Origin: Clostridiales bacterium UBA1770
Lineage (GTDB): Bacteria; Bacillota; Clostridia; Oscillospirales; CAG-272
NCBI GenBank assembly: GCA_002315325.1
Contig: DCGU01000080.1
Location: forward strand, 19,684 to 83,683
Direction of reading: 5' to 3'
Length of the DNA: 64,000 nucleotides
In this document: piece by piece, positions 63,137 through 64,000 of the stretch
Position numbering within the stretch: position 1 is the stretch's first letter
Layout: the number at the start of each line of letters is the position of its first letter
Position numbers and translations under genes: made by a program
Notes under the pieces: generated by a model
Database searches by the model: none
Seen by the model: only the letters and a program-made list of their open reading frames with translations
Told to the model about the DNA's origin: nothing

Positions 63137-64000
63137 ATGGAACTTTCTGTATTAGCTAATTTGTACCACGATAAAACGCTGGACGAGGTCCTGCAAAAAC
63201 TGACCTCTCTCGGCGTCCATACCGTCGAGCTCGGTGCCGGCGGGTATCCCGGCAAAACGCAGTGCAATCCGGTGGAACTGCTGGCCGATGAAAAGAAATA
63301 CGATGCCTTTATCGCAACGCTCAAAAAACATGACGTGCGCGTATGCGCTTTGGCTACCCACGGTAACGCTTTGCATCCGAACAAGGCAATTGCCGAGGCG
63401 TTCGACACCGATTTTAAGAATGCCGTTCTCTTGGCAGAGAAGATGGGTGTGGATACCGTCATTACCTTCTCCGGCTGCCCCGGCGACTGCGACAATTCAC
63501 AGTATCCCAACTGGGTTACCTGCCCCTGGCCGGAAGATTTCCTGAAGATTTTGGATTGGCAGTGGAACGAGAAACTGATTCCGTACTGGAAGAAGACCGC
63601 TGCATTTGCCGAGGCGCATCACGTGCCGCACATTGCGTTTGAAATGCATCCCGGTTTCTGCGTGTATAATCCTGAAACCCTGCTGCGTCTGCGTGCCGCC
63701 GTCGGTCCCGCTATCGGTGCCAACCTCGACCCCAGTCACTTGATTTGGCAGGGCATCGATCCCGTTGCCGCCGTGCGCGAACTGGCCGGCGCCATCTATC
63801 ACGTGCATGCCAAGGACACCAAGATCGACCACTATAATACGGCCAAAAACGGTGTGCTGGATACGAAGCACTACAGCGATTTCCCGAACCGCTCCTGGAA
63901 CTTCCGTACCGTCGGCTACGGCAACGGCGAAAGCTATTGGCGCGATTTTGTTTCCAACCTCCGCATCTTCGGCTACGACCGCGTGCTCTCCATTGAACAC
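63137..64000 (+). CDS. Xylose-isomerase-like TIM-barrel protein (sugar phosphate isomerase/epimerase family), 3' end off-window
   Basis: Absent from the track because it has no stop in the window. The frame from ATG 63137 reads MELSVLANLYHDKTLDEVLQKLTSLGVHTVELGAGGYPG...IAFEMHPG...GANLDPSHLIWQGID...HVHAKD...SIEH, the metal-binding pattern of AP-endonuclease-2/IolE-like TIM barrels. Confidence 0.75.
   Translation, partial: MELSVLANLYHDKTLDEVLQKLTSLGVHTVELGAGGYPGKTQCNPVELLADEKKYDAFIATLKKHDVRVCALATHGNALHPNKAIAEAFDTDFKNAVLLAEKMGVDTVITFSGCPGDCDNSQYPNWVTCPWPEDFLKILDWQWNEKLIPYWKKTAAFAEAHHVPHIAFEMHPGFCVYNPETLLRLRAAVGPAIGANLDPSHLIWQGIDPVAAVRELAGAIYHVHAKDTKIDHYNTAKNGVLDTKHYSDFPNRSWNFRTVGYGNGESYWRDFVSNLRIFGYDRVLSIEH

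Overview
This 64-kb window is a chromosomal, mostly housekeeping segment of a moderately GC-rich Firmicute. The gene order looks Clostridia-like. All calls come from motif and synteny recognition by eye; no searches were run.

Recognisable content in order:
- A 5'-truncated NhaC-family transporter behind a lysine riboswitch (minus strand), then htpG, nth, a phosphoesterase, an EEP nuclease/phosphatase and an oxidoreductase.
- A minus-strand block: ttcA, a trmN6-like methyltransferase, a 57-aa 2x[4Fe-4S] ferredoxin missed by the ORF track, ricT, holB and trkH-trkA.
- GH78-like and GH38 glycosidases, a feoA-feoB fusion, thrS, pdxK, and a GGDEF / HD-GYP pair.
- A serine hydrolase and a complete Enterococcus-type V-ATPase operon (ntpFIKECGABD order).
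- A vanY-like gene, an mnmM-like gene, a DUF512 radical-SAM gene, der, an unknown membrane protein, obg, and an AAC(3)-family gene.
- pgsA, rimO, pfkA, a dCMP deaminase, a lipoprotein, rimI-tsaD, and DnaD-domain plus DnaC/DnaI-like loader genes.
- An ABM protein, tRNA-Gln(UUG), a GNAT, a second GH38, prfC, apbE, a clan GH-A glycosidase, a second Gfo/Idh/MocA oxidoreductase, and a 3'-truncated TIM-barrel sugar isomerase/epimerase-like gene.

I see no defence island, prophage, integrase, CRISPR array or cas gene.

The non-ordinary signals are all non-coding:
1. A ~700-bp ORF-free nested repeat/hairpin array immediately downstream of tRNA-Gln (53.3-54.0 kb).
2. A tandemly duplicated 125-nt structured module in the long htpG leader.
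3. An 88-bp MITE-like insertion with flanking direct repeats upstream of the serine hydrolase.
4. Eight tandem GATYACC heptamers between der and the unknown membrane protein.
5. A perfect 16-bp palindrome on the feoAB promoter.

The other findings are lower-interest protein-architecture and context notes.
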